Of a stretch of DNA of 64,000 bases, positions 1-9,071 are shown one piece after another. A program made the translations under genes and the position numbers. Below the pieces are notes generated by a model, which saw nothing but the letters and a program-made list of their open reading frames with translations, had not been told where the DNA came from and searched no databases. Origin of the DNA: Planctomycetota bacterium (GTDB lineage: Bacteria; Planctomycetota; PLA2; JAEUHO01); contig CBDCTJ010000007.1 in assembly GCA_965222115.1 (NCBI GenBank), positions 1,984,001 to 2,048,000 of the forward strand. The letters run 5' to 3'. The number at the start of each line of letters is the position of its first letter. The stretch's first letter is position 1.

Positions 1-272
1 AAGGCGGCAGCAATCGCAGTGGTATTGGCGCGCGCATCCTCGTCACCACCGGCGAGGTCACGCAAATGCGCGAAATCCGCTGCGGTAGCGGTCTTAGCAA
101 TCATCAAGACCCGCCCGAAGCCTGCTTCGGCCTTGGTAAAGCTACGAAAATCGACAAACTAGAAGTTCGTTGGCCCGGGAAGAAGTCTAAGTCTCAGGTG
201 TTTAAGAATGTTCCTGTGGATCGGTTCTTGGAGATTGCGGAAGGATCGGGGAAGTACAAAGTGATGAAATAG
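1..272 (+). CDS. 3' end of a CRTAC1-family / ASPIC-UnbV domain protein (5' truncated by the window)
   Basis: Frame is open from nt 3: GGSNRSGIGARILVTTGEVTQMREIRCGSG...FGLG...LEVRWPG, the typical ASPIC/UnbV C-terminal signature; TAG at 270-272. Confidence 0.85.
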   Translation, partial: GGSNRSGIGARILVTTGEVTQMREIRCGSGLSNHQDPPEACFGLGKATKIDKLEVRWPGKKSKSQVFKNVPVDRFLEIAEGSGKYKVMK

Positions 273-538
273 GTGGGGCTCTTGTGGAGTCGTTCCGTGT
301 TGTCTGCGAGAGGGCGACGCTCATCTCACGCAGAGGCGCAAAGGACGCGGGGGCGCAGAGGGCGGCCTGTTTAGGAGCGCGGCCTTGCGGAAGTGGGCAC
401 TGCTTGGTGGGGGAGGGGACTTGAAGAAAAAGCTCACACGAAGAGCGCCAAGGAACGAAGCGCAGGCGTGGCGGAGCAGTGTTCGAGAATGTGGAGGAGT
501 GTCTGGTGGCGGGACGGTTTTTTGGAGAAGAAGGCTCT

Positions 539-2462
539 GTCGCGGTAGGGACTCCGGTTTCCCGGAGCCCCCCGCACAGATCCCGGCGTGCGGATTTCCC
601 GCACCGGGCTCCTGCCTTAGGTAATGACGCGCAAGTTCATGTAGGGACGTTTGTGACGGATGCGAAGGCTTGGGAAGTAGCGTTTTTCCAAGGCATACAT
701 GCGACACCAGGAACACCGTGAGCGTTGGCTACGCCGCCGTAGGTGGTTGCGCCAGATGCGCAGGAGCCGCCTCCGAAAGAGCTGGAGCGCTGTGCCGTTA
801 TCGGGGATGGCATGATAGTTCAGCCAGCCCCGCATAACAGACGCGAGCCATTTAGCCACACGTACGGGTTTCCAGTGGAGTCGTTTTCGGAGCGCATCAC
901 GGATGGCTCGTAGCGTGGCTACCAGTCGATCCGCACGCGTTCTGCGTACAACCTTGAAACGGCCTTTCCGGGTAGTTGCGCATATGTGCGTAAAGCCCAG
1001 AAACTTGAATGTGGGCGGCTTCCCTTCACCGCGTTCCGCTCGGTTTACCGCTGCAAAGCGGCCAAACTCAATCAGACGCGTCTTGTCGGGATGCAGTTCC
1101 AGCTTGAACGTGTTGAGGCGTTCGCGAAGTTCCCGTAGGAATCGCTCAGCCTCGTTCTTGTACTTGAATCCCACCACAAAGTCGTCAGCGTAGCGCACGA
1201 TGATGATGTCACCGCGCGCATGGCGCCGCCGCCACTGGTGGGCCCACAGATCAAAGGCGTAGTGCAGGTACACGTTGGCAAGCAGCGGACTAATGCCGCC
1301 CCCTTGCGGGGTGCCTGCCTTCGTCGGCCTGCGCACGCCATCTTCCATAACGCCCGCGTGCAACCACTTCTTGATAAAGCGATGCACACGTTTGTCCGCA
1401 ATCCGGTGCGAGATGAACTTCATTAGCCACTCATGGTCGATGGCATCGAAAAACCCACGAATGTCTGCATCAAGCACCCAGTTCACCTTCTTGCGCTCGA
1501 TTCCCACGCATAGGGCGTCCAGCGCGTTGTGCTGGCTGCGCCCGGGGCGGAAGCCGTAGCTGAACCCGAGAAATTCCTCCTCGTACACCGTGCCAATCAC
1601 CTCCGAAGCTGCGCGTTGGACCACGCGGTCCTCAATCGCAGGCACACCGAGTGGACGCTGCCGTCCATCGGCCTTCGGGATGTACACACGTCGCACCGGA
1701 GGCGCTCGGTACGCGCCGCGCTTGAGGCGATCGGACAAGTCCACGAGATTATTCTCAAGGTTCTTGCCGTAGGCCTCCCACGTAACCCCATCAACGCCGG
1801 CTGCGCCTTTGCGCTTGAGGCTGAAGTACGCCTCTCGAAGTCGGTCCACGGAGTACACGTGGTGCCAGAGCGTGGTGAACTTCTCATCTTTTCGTTCCAC
1901 AGCAACTTGCCGTACCCGATCCATCTTCTGGTTCAGAACATTCCGTATCTGCGCACGGGTTCTGCTTCGTCGGATCGAGTTCCCCTTGGCCAAACCCCTT
2001 CCCTTCACGTCCTCCGCAGACCGGGACGCATCCCGACCCTTGTTCGGTCGCTTCTTCGGTACTACGGGTTTGTCCGACTGCCTGCGTTCGTTCATCGTCG
2101 GCGTGACCTCATTGAGGTTCCCGACGCGGACCCGTTGCCAAAGGCGGGCCAAACGTAGGCTCTCTCAGGTTCCGTATGGAAATCTATTGGGGCATGCACC
2201 GGGTCTAAGACCGCGCAGGAGCAACTGGACGCTCGCCAAGGACGCACCCAGCCGTGTTGCCTTCTCACGTTGGTGATCGTGTCGGCCTCCTGGAATTTCA
2301 TCGTGGTTTCGCGGCTCAATACCGGGCCTACCTCCCCTCTGTCTACGCTTCGCAGCGCGCCCTTACGAGCGCCCACGCAAGACACGAGGCCGGCGTGAGT
2401 GGCTAGCTCTTCGCCGTAAGACTCTTTCATTCTCTGATCTCCATCGGCTTATCCTGACGCAC
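539..2462 (-). mobile_element. Group II intron, apparently full length, probably bacterial class E
   Basis: Minus-strand 5' end GTGCG at 2462. The 3' end carries domain V (GAGCCCGGTGCGGGAAATCCGCACGCCGGGATCTG) and domain VI ending CCCTACCGCGAC at 539. The EBS1 loop CACCAA (2275-2270, inside the stem CACG..CGTG) is exactly complementary to the exon end TTGGTG (2468-2463). Class E is assigned from recalled 5' sequence style and lack of an En domain. Confidence 0.93.
617..2095 (-). CDS. ltrA: Group II intron reverse transcriptase/maturase without endonuclease domain
   Basis: Motifs AAGVDG, RRVYIPKADGRQRPLGVP, SYGFRPGRS, DADIRGFFD, GTPQGG.ISPLLAN, YADD, FLGF and domain X (RGWLNYH). Likely ATG at 2095 (track start 2152). 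Confidence 0.96.
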   Translation of the reverse strand: MNERRQSDKPVVPKKRPNKGRDASRSAEDVKGRGLAKGNSIRRSRTRAQIRNVLNQKMDRVRQVAVERKDEKFTTLWHHVYSVDRLREAYFSLKRKGAAGVDGVTWEAYGKNLENNLVDLSDRLKRGAYRAPPVRRVYIPKADGRQRPLGVPAIEDRVVQRAASEVIGTVYEEEFLGFSYGFRPGRSQHNALDALCVGIERKKVNWVLDADIRGFFDAIDHEWLMKFISHRIADKRVHRFIKKWLHAGVMEDGVRRPTKAGTPQGGGISPLLANVYLHYAFDLWAHQWRRRHARGDIIIVRYADDFVVGFKYKNEAERFLRELRERLNTFKLELHPDKTRLIEFGRFAAVNRAERGEGKPPTFKFLGFTHICATTRKGRFKVVRRTRADRLVATLRAIRDALRKRLHWKPVRVAKWLASVMRGWLNYHAIPDNGTALQLFRRRLLRIWRNHLRRRSQRSRCSWCRMYALEKRYFPSLRIRHKRPYMNLRVIT

Positions 2463-2894
2463 CACCAAGGACACGAAGGCCACCAAGCGCGGCTCGATAT
2501 GTGGACACTGCGTTCCATGAGGACGATCAAGGGGCGCAAGCGTCGCAGAATGCGGGTCGTGAAGATGGGGAATGGGCTTCAAGCAGTGCGTTGTTTGAAT
2601 GGGCACGCTAAGAAACAAAGCAACGAAGGCGCAAGCGTCGGAGAGCGCCTCTTGACGGGGGCGTGCGCATTCGGGGCGGAACGCTCTTTGAAGAAGAGAG
2701 TCTCTCCCAGGGCAGACGTGAGCTAGCGCTACTGATGAAGTAGTAATTTTGCTCGGAGCGGCGGCGCGGGCTTTAGGTGGGGTCGTGTCGCTTTGATGGT
2801 GGGAGAATGCTAGTTAATTCGCGGTCAACGTTCTTCATGACCCTACGACGGATGATCATTGTCTTCGCCGATAGTAGGCCGCAACATGGTCAAC

Positions 2895-2983
2895 GGCCCC
2901 TTAGGGCCTTGGGTCAATAGCCTTATATGAACAGAGGCCGCCCTGAAAGGGCGCCGGAAGCGCGCATAACGCCAAGGGCTTGC
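2895..2983. repeat. REP-like palindromes (ggccccttagggcc; cgccctgaaagggcg...gccaagggc)
   Basis: Short GC palindromes at 2895-2908 and 2939-2953, with a degenerate similar copy at 4461-4478. They resemble the 'gccctgaaagggc' REP elements associated with RAYT transposases (recalled, not searched). Confidence 0.45.
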
Positions 2984-3160
2984 ATATTTCAATTCGATGC
3001 ATCCGCAAGTCAAACACATTCATTGGAATTGCGGTCAAGAAACGCAGTGCCGTATTCGTCACTCGGGTGCGTCGAATGCGTTACGTGTGCTATACCTAAC
3101 GTGATGAGTTTCCCATTCTCACTAACGCACTTCAAACGGCCCGGCTTGCCTGAGTTGGAG

Positions 3161-4366
3161 ATGGTAAAGATTGACGCATCGGTGATGCGGTCTGTTGCGG
3201 CAGGCAATATGGCAGTTGATAGCGCGATTCATGTATTTGTTGGCGACCATGAAGTTTCGCCGGCGGACATTGATGCGATCCGGAACGCTTGGCCTATCGA
3301 TGGAGCAAGTTTTTCCGGCGCTCGTGCTTGCGGCCCCAGCGTGTTGAAGGCGATCCTGGCGATTCCATCGCTGAAGGTGTTGCATGTGCGGGCGCTTGGC
3401 GAGGAGTTCAACACGGTCCTCGAGCAGCTTAGTAAGGCCTCGAGTCTAGAAGTGCTGACAACGGACAACTGTTGGGGGATGACAGAAAAGGGGTATTCGG
3501 AACTCACGAAGTTGTTCAATCTTAACTACCTCTACCTTGAAGAATACAACATGGGGGCGGATGACTTTGCGCAACTGGCGTCAATACCGTCCCTTGCGAG
3601 AATTCGGCTCATCGGCGCGGGTTTCGAGGATCTGTGGCCTCTCTTTGGAAGCAGGAGCATTCAAGAAATTTGGCTGAACGGAAGAGGAAGGATTTCTGAC
3701 TCTGAGGTCCTCAAATCTCGCGTGGAGGCCTTGAAGCTAGAGGGCGTGGAGCTGTTCCCCGATGAAGTCGACATGCATTGTGCCAAACCTCGCCTCGAGC
3801 ACCTACAAGTTTGGGCGCCCACCTTGTTTGCGGGCGGTCGCCTCAGGCACGTCGCCAAGAATCTTCGCGTCGTCCTTATTCAGTGTGTTGGAACCGCTTT
3901 GCACGATGTGCTGACCGCATTGCAGGCGGCCCCCATCCGCGCCTTGTCGATGAGCAAAATCGATCCATCGGTTGCAGGTACGCTGTCAAGCGTGACGGAG
4001 TTGCACTCGATGGAGGCGCTTGCGCTCTCCTGCGATTACCTCGACGCTTTGCCGCTGGATGTACTGTCTCGAATGCCGACATTGCGTGTGCTCAGGCTAA
4101 ATGGCACCGCTGGGCGTACAACGATCAGGAACATTCGGGAGATCGTGGACCGTTCGTCGATTCGAATCTTGGATCTTATGCACGTCAAGTCATCAGAGGA
4201 ACTCATTGAGCTTCCCGGACATTCTATGACAACCCTCGTGCGCCATCCGAACGCAACGTGGAGCTTGAGCGATGTGGAGGCAGCGCTTCATGTAGCCCGT
4301 TGGCGGCCTACACATGCCGCCACGCTCAGACAATTTCGGTACTACCCATGGGAAAGCACTGTCTAG
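3161..4366 (+). CDS. Leucine-rich-repeat-like hypothetical protein
   Basis: Repeated LxxLxL motifs (IPSLKVLHV, SSLEVLTT, LFNLNYLYLE, IPSLARIRL, MPTLRVLRLNG). Start uncertain (track 2927; 3104 or 3161 more plausible). Confidence 0.6.
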   Translation: MVKIDASVMRSVAAGNMAVDSAIHVFVGDHEVSPADIDAIRNAWPIDGASFSGARACGPSVLKAILAIPSLKVLHVRALGEEFNTVLEQLSKASSLEVLTTDNCWGMTEKGYSELTKLFNLNYLYLEEYNMGADDFAQLASIPSLARIRLIGAGFEDLWPLFGSRSIQEIWLNGRGRISDSEVLKSRVEALKLEGVELFPDEVDMHCAKPRLEHLQVWAPTLFAGGRLRHVAKNLRVVLIQCVGTALHDVLTALQAAPIRALSMSKIDPSVAGTLSSVTELHSMEALALSCDYLDALPLDVLSRMPTLRVLRLNGTAGRTTIRNIREIVDRSSIRILDLMHVKSSEELIELPGHSMTTLVRHPNATWSLSDVEAALHVARWRPTHAATLRQFRYYPWESTV

Positions 4367-4692
4367 CCAGAAGTTGCGGTCAGGCGCGTGTCGCAGTGCG
4401 CCAAGGCTAGGCCCAGCGAAACGGGTCGCTGCTCGGGGTTGCGCTTCTTCCCATAGGTTTCGCCCTCAAAAGGTGGCGGAATTGTGACGGGATGGGGTTT
4501 CGAGGCAATGGGCGGCAGGGTGCCTTATGCGTAGCAGCCTATTCGCCTACGTTGCTTTCTGATGACCCGAATTGCTTGCTATGGTGAGGTCTGTCATGGC
4601 GTCGATCGATGGGTTGCCGAGGTAGCTCGGTTGCTCGTGTGCACGAAGTTTGGCACCAATGTGAGTCGTCGACCCACGACCGCTGGAGGAAC

Positions 4693-6396
4693 ATGGGTAC
4701 CTCAAACCTTCTGAATACGAGCACGCCGAATCTCAAGGCACTCTTAAGTAACGGGCGAGTGTATCGCGTACCTCCGTTTCAGAGAGACTATTCGTGGCGA
4801 CGGGAGAATTGGGAAGACCTGTGGTTGGACCTTCTTGAGCTTACGAAGGGGGCCACTCGTCAGCATTACATGGGGGCTGTAGTCTTGCGCCAGGAAGGGG
4901 CCGAGGAGTTTCAAGTAATCGATGGACAGCAGCGCCTCGCAACTTTAAGCCTCGTGGTGCTTGCCGTCGTAAAGCGCTTACTTGTGCTTGCTGACGATGG
5001 AATTGAGCCGGATCAGAATCGTGAGCGAGCAACTCTTCTTCGAAGCGCATTTATCGGAACTAAGCAGGCAGGATCATTGATCGAAGCCAGCAAGTTAACT
5101 CTTAATCGAAACGATAAGGGGTTTTATGAGGGAACGTTGGTGCAGCTACGTGATCCCGTTAGTGTTCGGACGCTCAGCGCATCCGAGAGGTTCCTGTGGG
5201 GTGCATTTTGTTATTTCCGCGATCGCGTTACGGAAGAATTTTCAGAATATAGCGGCCAGCAGCTCGCCGAATGGATCGAGTCACTTGTTTCCGTACGCCT
5301 ACTTTTTATTCAGGTCACCGTCGAAGATGAAGTTGGGGCATACACAGTTTTCGAAACACTAAACGCGCGTGGTCTTGACTTGACCGCTGGAGACCTAATA
5401 AAGAACTACTTGATGTCGAAAGTAGAACAATCGGGAGAAGGAGATTTGGCATTCGTGCTGGACAAGTGGAGCCGAATCTCGGCGCACGTTCGCGCTGGAA
5501 GGCTGCCCGAATTCTTGCGACATTACTACAATTCCCGGTATCCGTTTGTAAGAAAGGACCGTCTGTTTCGCGGTATCCGAAACCGCGTAGCTACTGCGGA
5601 CCAAGCAATCGCGTTGGTGGAGGACCTGGAACGAGCAGCGGTGCGTTACGGCGCCTTGTCGGCGGGCGATAACGAGTTCTGGTTGGACTTTGACGGTGCC
5701 GCACGTCATGTGAGGGCGCTCGTCTTGTTTGGCGTTGGGCAATATCGGCCGCTTGCGCTAGCGGCGCTGGACAAGATGGACGGAAATGAGGTCGTAACCG
5801 TTCTGCGAGATTGTGTCACTCTATCGATGCGCTTCAACATGGTTGCGCGACGCGGGACGCATGAACTGGAAAAGCGATACAATTTGGCAGCTATTGCTGT
5901 GACGGAGGGGAGAGCCGAAACTGCGGCGGAGATTAGAAAATTCTTACTACCCGCATACGTTGACGATGAAGAGTTTCGTTCTGACTTTGAACGGTATCAA
6001 CTCCCACGCAGCCCTAAGGGGAAGAAATTGGTGCGCTACGTCCTTTGCGAACTGGAGCACCAGAACTCTGGCCAAGACCTGAGTTGGGGCAGCCTGAGAG
6101 CGACCATAGAGCACATTGTGCCCGAAAGTTTGACTGCGGAATGGGAGGAGTGCTTTCCGTCGACTAGGCATGCTGAACTTGTCGATCGGCTTGGAAACTT
6201 CGCTCTGCTTGAGTCGGGACTAAACAATCAGATAGGGCAAGAGCCCTTTTCAGAGAAAGTCCTCGCTTTTCGGAAAAGCCAGTATCAACTCACTCAGGAA
6301 CTCGGTCAACTGAGTGAATGGACGCCCGCTGCATTGACGGAGCGCCAGAAAGGACTCGCCAAAATGGCTACTGCCATTTGGCGATTTCCGTCTTAG
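4693..6396 (+). CDS. DUF262-DUF1524 fusion, GmrSD-family type IV (modification-dependent) restriction endonuclease
   Basis: VPPFQRDYSW, IDGQQRL and FETLNARG (DUF262); C-terminal IEHIVP...LGNFALL...N (DUF1524 HNH). GGAGG RBS before ATG 4693. Confidence 0.88.
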   Translation: MGTSNLLNTSTPNLKALLSNGRVYRVPPFQRDYSWRRENWEDLWLDLLELTKGATRQHYMGAVVLRQEGAEEFQVIDGQQRLATLSLVVLAVVKRLLVLADDGIEPDQNRERATLLRSAFIGTKQAGSLIEASKLTLNRNDKGFYEGTLVQLRDPVSVRTLSASERFLWGAFCYFRDRVTEEFSEYSGQQLAEWIESLVSVRLLFIQVTVEDEVGAYTVFETLNARGLDLTAGDLIKNYLMSKVEQSGEGDLAFVLDKWSRISAHVRAGRLPEFLRHYYNSRYPFVRKDRLFRGIRNRVATADQAIALVEDLERAAVRYGALSAGDNEFWLDFDGAARHVRALVLFGVGQYRPLALAALDKMDGNEVVTVLRDCVTLSMRFNMVARRGTHELEKRYNLAAIAVTEGRAETAAEIRKFLLPAYVDDEEFRSDFERYQLPRSPKGKKLVRYVLCELEHQNSGQDLSWGSLRATIEHIVPESLTAEWEECFPSTRHAELVDRLGNFALLESGLNNQIGQEPFSEKVLAFRKSQYQLTQELGQLSEWTPAALTERQKGLAKMATAIWRFPS

Positions 6397-6492
6397 CGCT
6401 CACACGGGCAGCAGAAGGCTCGAATTGACTTTACGCGGCTCATGCAAGGGGATGGGAACTCGGTGTCTCCCTCGATCCGCATTCGAGGCAAT

Positions 6493-7782
6493 TCATGCCT
6501 TTCCGTTCGAACTATCGGCTAGGCCCGCGGCTGACCTGTCGCTGCCGTCATTGCGCGCATACACACGTACCGCCATGCGCTCATCGGCCTGACGTACGCG
6601 GAGGTACATCCCCCCTTCGAGCTCAAGCACGTCGGCCGAAACGGGAATGCGATCGAGGCGCGCTTGCAGAATGCCGGTGACGGTCGTGTTCTCTTCCTCT
6701 TCGTCCGCGAAGACAACATCGCAGTTGAGGAAACGAGCCACGTCACGGATGCGGGTGAGGCCGTGGACCAAGGCTTCGGTGCGCGACAGTCGCTTAACAA
6801 GTCCTTCGGTGACGTCGAGCTCGTCGATGGCTTCGCCCACGAGTTCTTCCACGAGGTCGTCCATCGTGACGATGCCTTCGGTGACGCCGTACTCGTCAAT
6901 GACTACGGCCATACGGCCGTGGGCGCGTTGCACATCGCGCAAAACGTCGTCGACCTTTTTGCTGGTTGGAACAAACAACGCTTTGCGCTTGAATTCGCCG
7001 ACCGTTTTCTCCTCGCCGCCTGTTGCGAGGGCCACCAGTGCATCGCGGCGCGCCAAGATTCCCGTCACGGCATCGAGGTCGTCGTCATAGATCGGAAACT
7101 GTGCGTGATTGGCACTCAACAGAATCTCGCGAATGCTTGCAAGTGGTGTGTCGGCCTTGAAACCACGAATGAGGCGTCGCGGCGTCATAACGTCTTCGGC
7201 CGTAATGTCGTCGAGTCGAAACACGCGCTGAATTAGTTCGACCTCGCGCGAGGCGATGTGGCCGCCCTCTTCGCCGAGCCGCGCGAGCTCCTTAATCTCC
7301 GATTCGCCGCCCGCGAGCACGCGTGACGACGGTTTGGCCCAACCCACGATCAGATCCACCAGCAACACGAGCGGGCGCAATGCCATGCTGACCCACTGCA
7401 ATAGGGGCGCAACGAGCATGGCAATCGGTTCGGGAAGCGCTTCACCGAGCACCTTGGGGACGATTTCACCAAAGGCGATGATGGCCAATGTCTGCGCGGC
7501 GATAAAGGCGAACATGCCGCCCGTGCTGTCGATCACGGTGGTGGCGTAGGCCGAGATTGCCGCGGTGCCGGCAATGGCGAAGATGTTATTGAGGATCACA
7601 ATGGAAGCGAGCGTGCGTCCGGGCTCGCGCTTGAGCGCCAGCAACCGGTCGGCGCCCTTTTCACCATTCTCCACGCGCACCCGTATGCGCGCTTCGCTCG
7701 TGGAGAGGAGCGCCGCCTCGCTAAGGGAGCAGAAAAAGGAGCCGGCCAGATTTCCGACAACGTAAAGGATGAGTTGCAACAT
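6493..7782 (-). CDS. Hemolysin/CNNM family (DUF21-CBS-CBS-CorC) Mg/Co transport protein
   Basis: SFFCSLSEAALLS, FGEIVPK, VMTPR, VIDEYG..EGIVTMDDLVEELVGE. Confidence 0.92.
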   Translation of the reverse strand: MLQLILYVVGNLAGSFFCSLSEAALLSTSEARIRVRVENGEKGADRLLALKREPGRTLASIVILNNIFAIAGTAAISAYATTVIDSTGGMFAFIAAQTLAIIAFGEIVPKVLGEALPEPIAMLVAPLLQWVSMALRPLVLLVDLIVGWAKPSSRVLAGGESEIKELARLGEEGGHIASREVELIQRVFRLDDITAEDVMTPRRLIRGFKADTPLASIREILLSANHAQFPIYDDDLDAVTGILARRDALVALATGGEEKTVGEFKRKALFVPTSKKVDDVLRDVQRAHGRMAVVIDEYGVTEGIVTMDDLVEELVGEAIDELDVTEGLVKRLSRTEALVHGLTRIRDVARFLNCDVVFADEEEENTTVTGILQARLDRIPVSADVLELEGGMYLRVRQADERMAVRVYARNDGSDRSAAGLADSSNGKA

Positions 7783-8049
7783 GGGTTTGCCTGCCTACGC
7801 AGGAGCCGCAGAGCCGAGGCTCAGTTCGAAAACTCCTCTACTACGCGATCCGATCCACTCGCTGCGAGTTGCGTCCCATTGAAATTGTCATCCTCGACGT
7901 GAACAGATCACGTCTGCGGGTCAATTTCTCGGTCCATCAACTCTCGCGTCGGTCTCGAACCGCTCGCTACGAGGCTTTTCAAACAGAGCCTATACGCCCC
8001 CGCGTGAATTGCATAGATTCCATGGCATTTCCCGCAAATGGTGACCCAG

Positions 8050-8814
8050 CTAAAAGGTGTGCAAGGCTCCCTGAGCGGCCATGCGAATGCGGGTATCGCC
8101 CAGCGCCGCCAGCTCGTTTCGAATTTCGGCGGCATAGCCAGGCTTGACATGAATGACGAAAATGGGGACGTCCTTGTTTAGCGAGGCCAGGTCGTTGGCC
8201 AGAAGCTGAGGTGTCATATGGCCGCTGCGCGTTGCCAAAGCCTCGTGGTGATTGGGGAAACTGCACTCCACGAATACGGCTCGCAGATCATCCGTCGCCG
8301 CGGCAAGATTCCACACCGCCGTGGTGGACGTCGTGTCGCCGGCAATGATGATTGACGCATCGCCGGAACGGATGCGAAAGCCCAAGCACGGCACACTGTG
8401 ATTCATCTCGCACGCGGTGAGCTCGTAGCCGTCGATCCATGTGGATGACTCACCTGCTTCAACAAATTGCCAATCGAGTACATCGGCACCATTGTGTTGA
8501 AGGTGCGTCAGGTCTGGCCACACCACATCGTTGAATATGTGCTCTTTCAAAGCCTTTTGGGTGAGGCGGGTCGTCAATAGCTTCAGCGTATCGGGTTTGC
8601 CCATGAATCGATTGGCCACAAAGAGCGGTAGCGACCAGATGTGATCCACATGGGTATGCGTGATGGCGATTCCACGAATCTTCAGTTGCGCCGCAAGTGG
8701 CAGGCTGTCGGTGAGCGCCCCTGCGTCGACCGCCACGACGTCGTCGATGAGGTAGCACGACAGCCGCGTATTCGGCGCACTTCCCCCCCCGCAACCTAGG
8801 ACTCGAATCTGCAT
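8050..8814 (-). CDS. MBL-fold 3',5'-cyclic-nucleotide phosphodiesterase (class II-like)
   Basis: MQIRVLGCGGG, VDAG, THTHVDHI, HIFNDVVWPD, HSVP, GDT, ECSFPN, SGHMTP, HVKP. Confidence 0.85.
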   Translation of the reverse strand: MQIRVLGCGGGSAPNTRLSCYLIDDVVAVDAGALTDSLPLAAQLKIRGIAITHTHVDHIWSLPLFVANRFMGKPDTLKLLTTRLTQKALKEHIFNDVVWPDLTHLQHNGADVLDWQFVEAGESSTWIDGYELTACEMNHSVPCLGFRIRSGDASIIIAGDTTSTTAVWNLAAATDDLRAVFVECSFPNHHEALATRSGHMTPQLLANDLASLNKDVPIFVIHVKPGYAAEIRNELAALGDTRIRMAAQGALHTF

Positions 8815-9071
8815 GTGGGCCGTAGCCTACCGCCGACGGCCTCATTGCACAGAAACACGGTGCGCGGAATCCCGCGAACCCATCGACGCCGTGGGGTCCG
8901 GTGGAGTTGACCGATTTTGTTGGCGACGGCTAGCATATGGGCGCAACGCCGCAGCTCATGAGGGTCCGCTAGGACGAGCCTTCGTACGGCGATTGCAAAA
9001 ATAGCCCGCGTATGTCGGCGCGTACCACTCTCGGGAGAGCATCGGTGCAACAGAGCCCGCTAATTGGCGTC

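Larger units (their letters stand above)
321..2725. repeat. Array of about five degenerate short repeats (ttgaagaa..gctc-cac..aag..cgc/acg-aag type); the third copy is interrupted by the intron
   Basis: Copies at ~324-360 (tctcacgcagaggcgcaaaggacgc), ~421-464 (ttgaagaaaaagctcacacgaagagcgccaagg), 522-538 joined to 2463-2490 (ttggagaagaaggctct|caccaaggacacgaaggccaccaag), ~2596-2636 and ~2688-2725 (ttgaagaagagagtctctcccaggg). Spacing is about 100-140 bp once the intron is removed. Confidence 0.5.

Noticed and set aside
617-2095. RT as retron, DGR or CRISPR-associated RT
   Set aside because: It has domain X and is enclosed by complete group II intron RNA ends; no TR/VR pair, msr-msd or cas genes were seen.
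321-2725. CRISPR array
   Set aside because: Repeats are too degenerate, spacers too long and variable, and no cas genes are present.
2800-6490. Integron cassette array (attC sites) around the LRR and GmrSD genes
   Set aside because: No convincing RYYYAAC...GTTRRRY paired sites and no integrase were found.
8050-8814. cNMP phosphodiesterase as part of the cyclase-HEPN system
   Set aside because: It lies about 48 kb away in a housekeeping context; the sequence gives no evidence of linkage.
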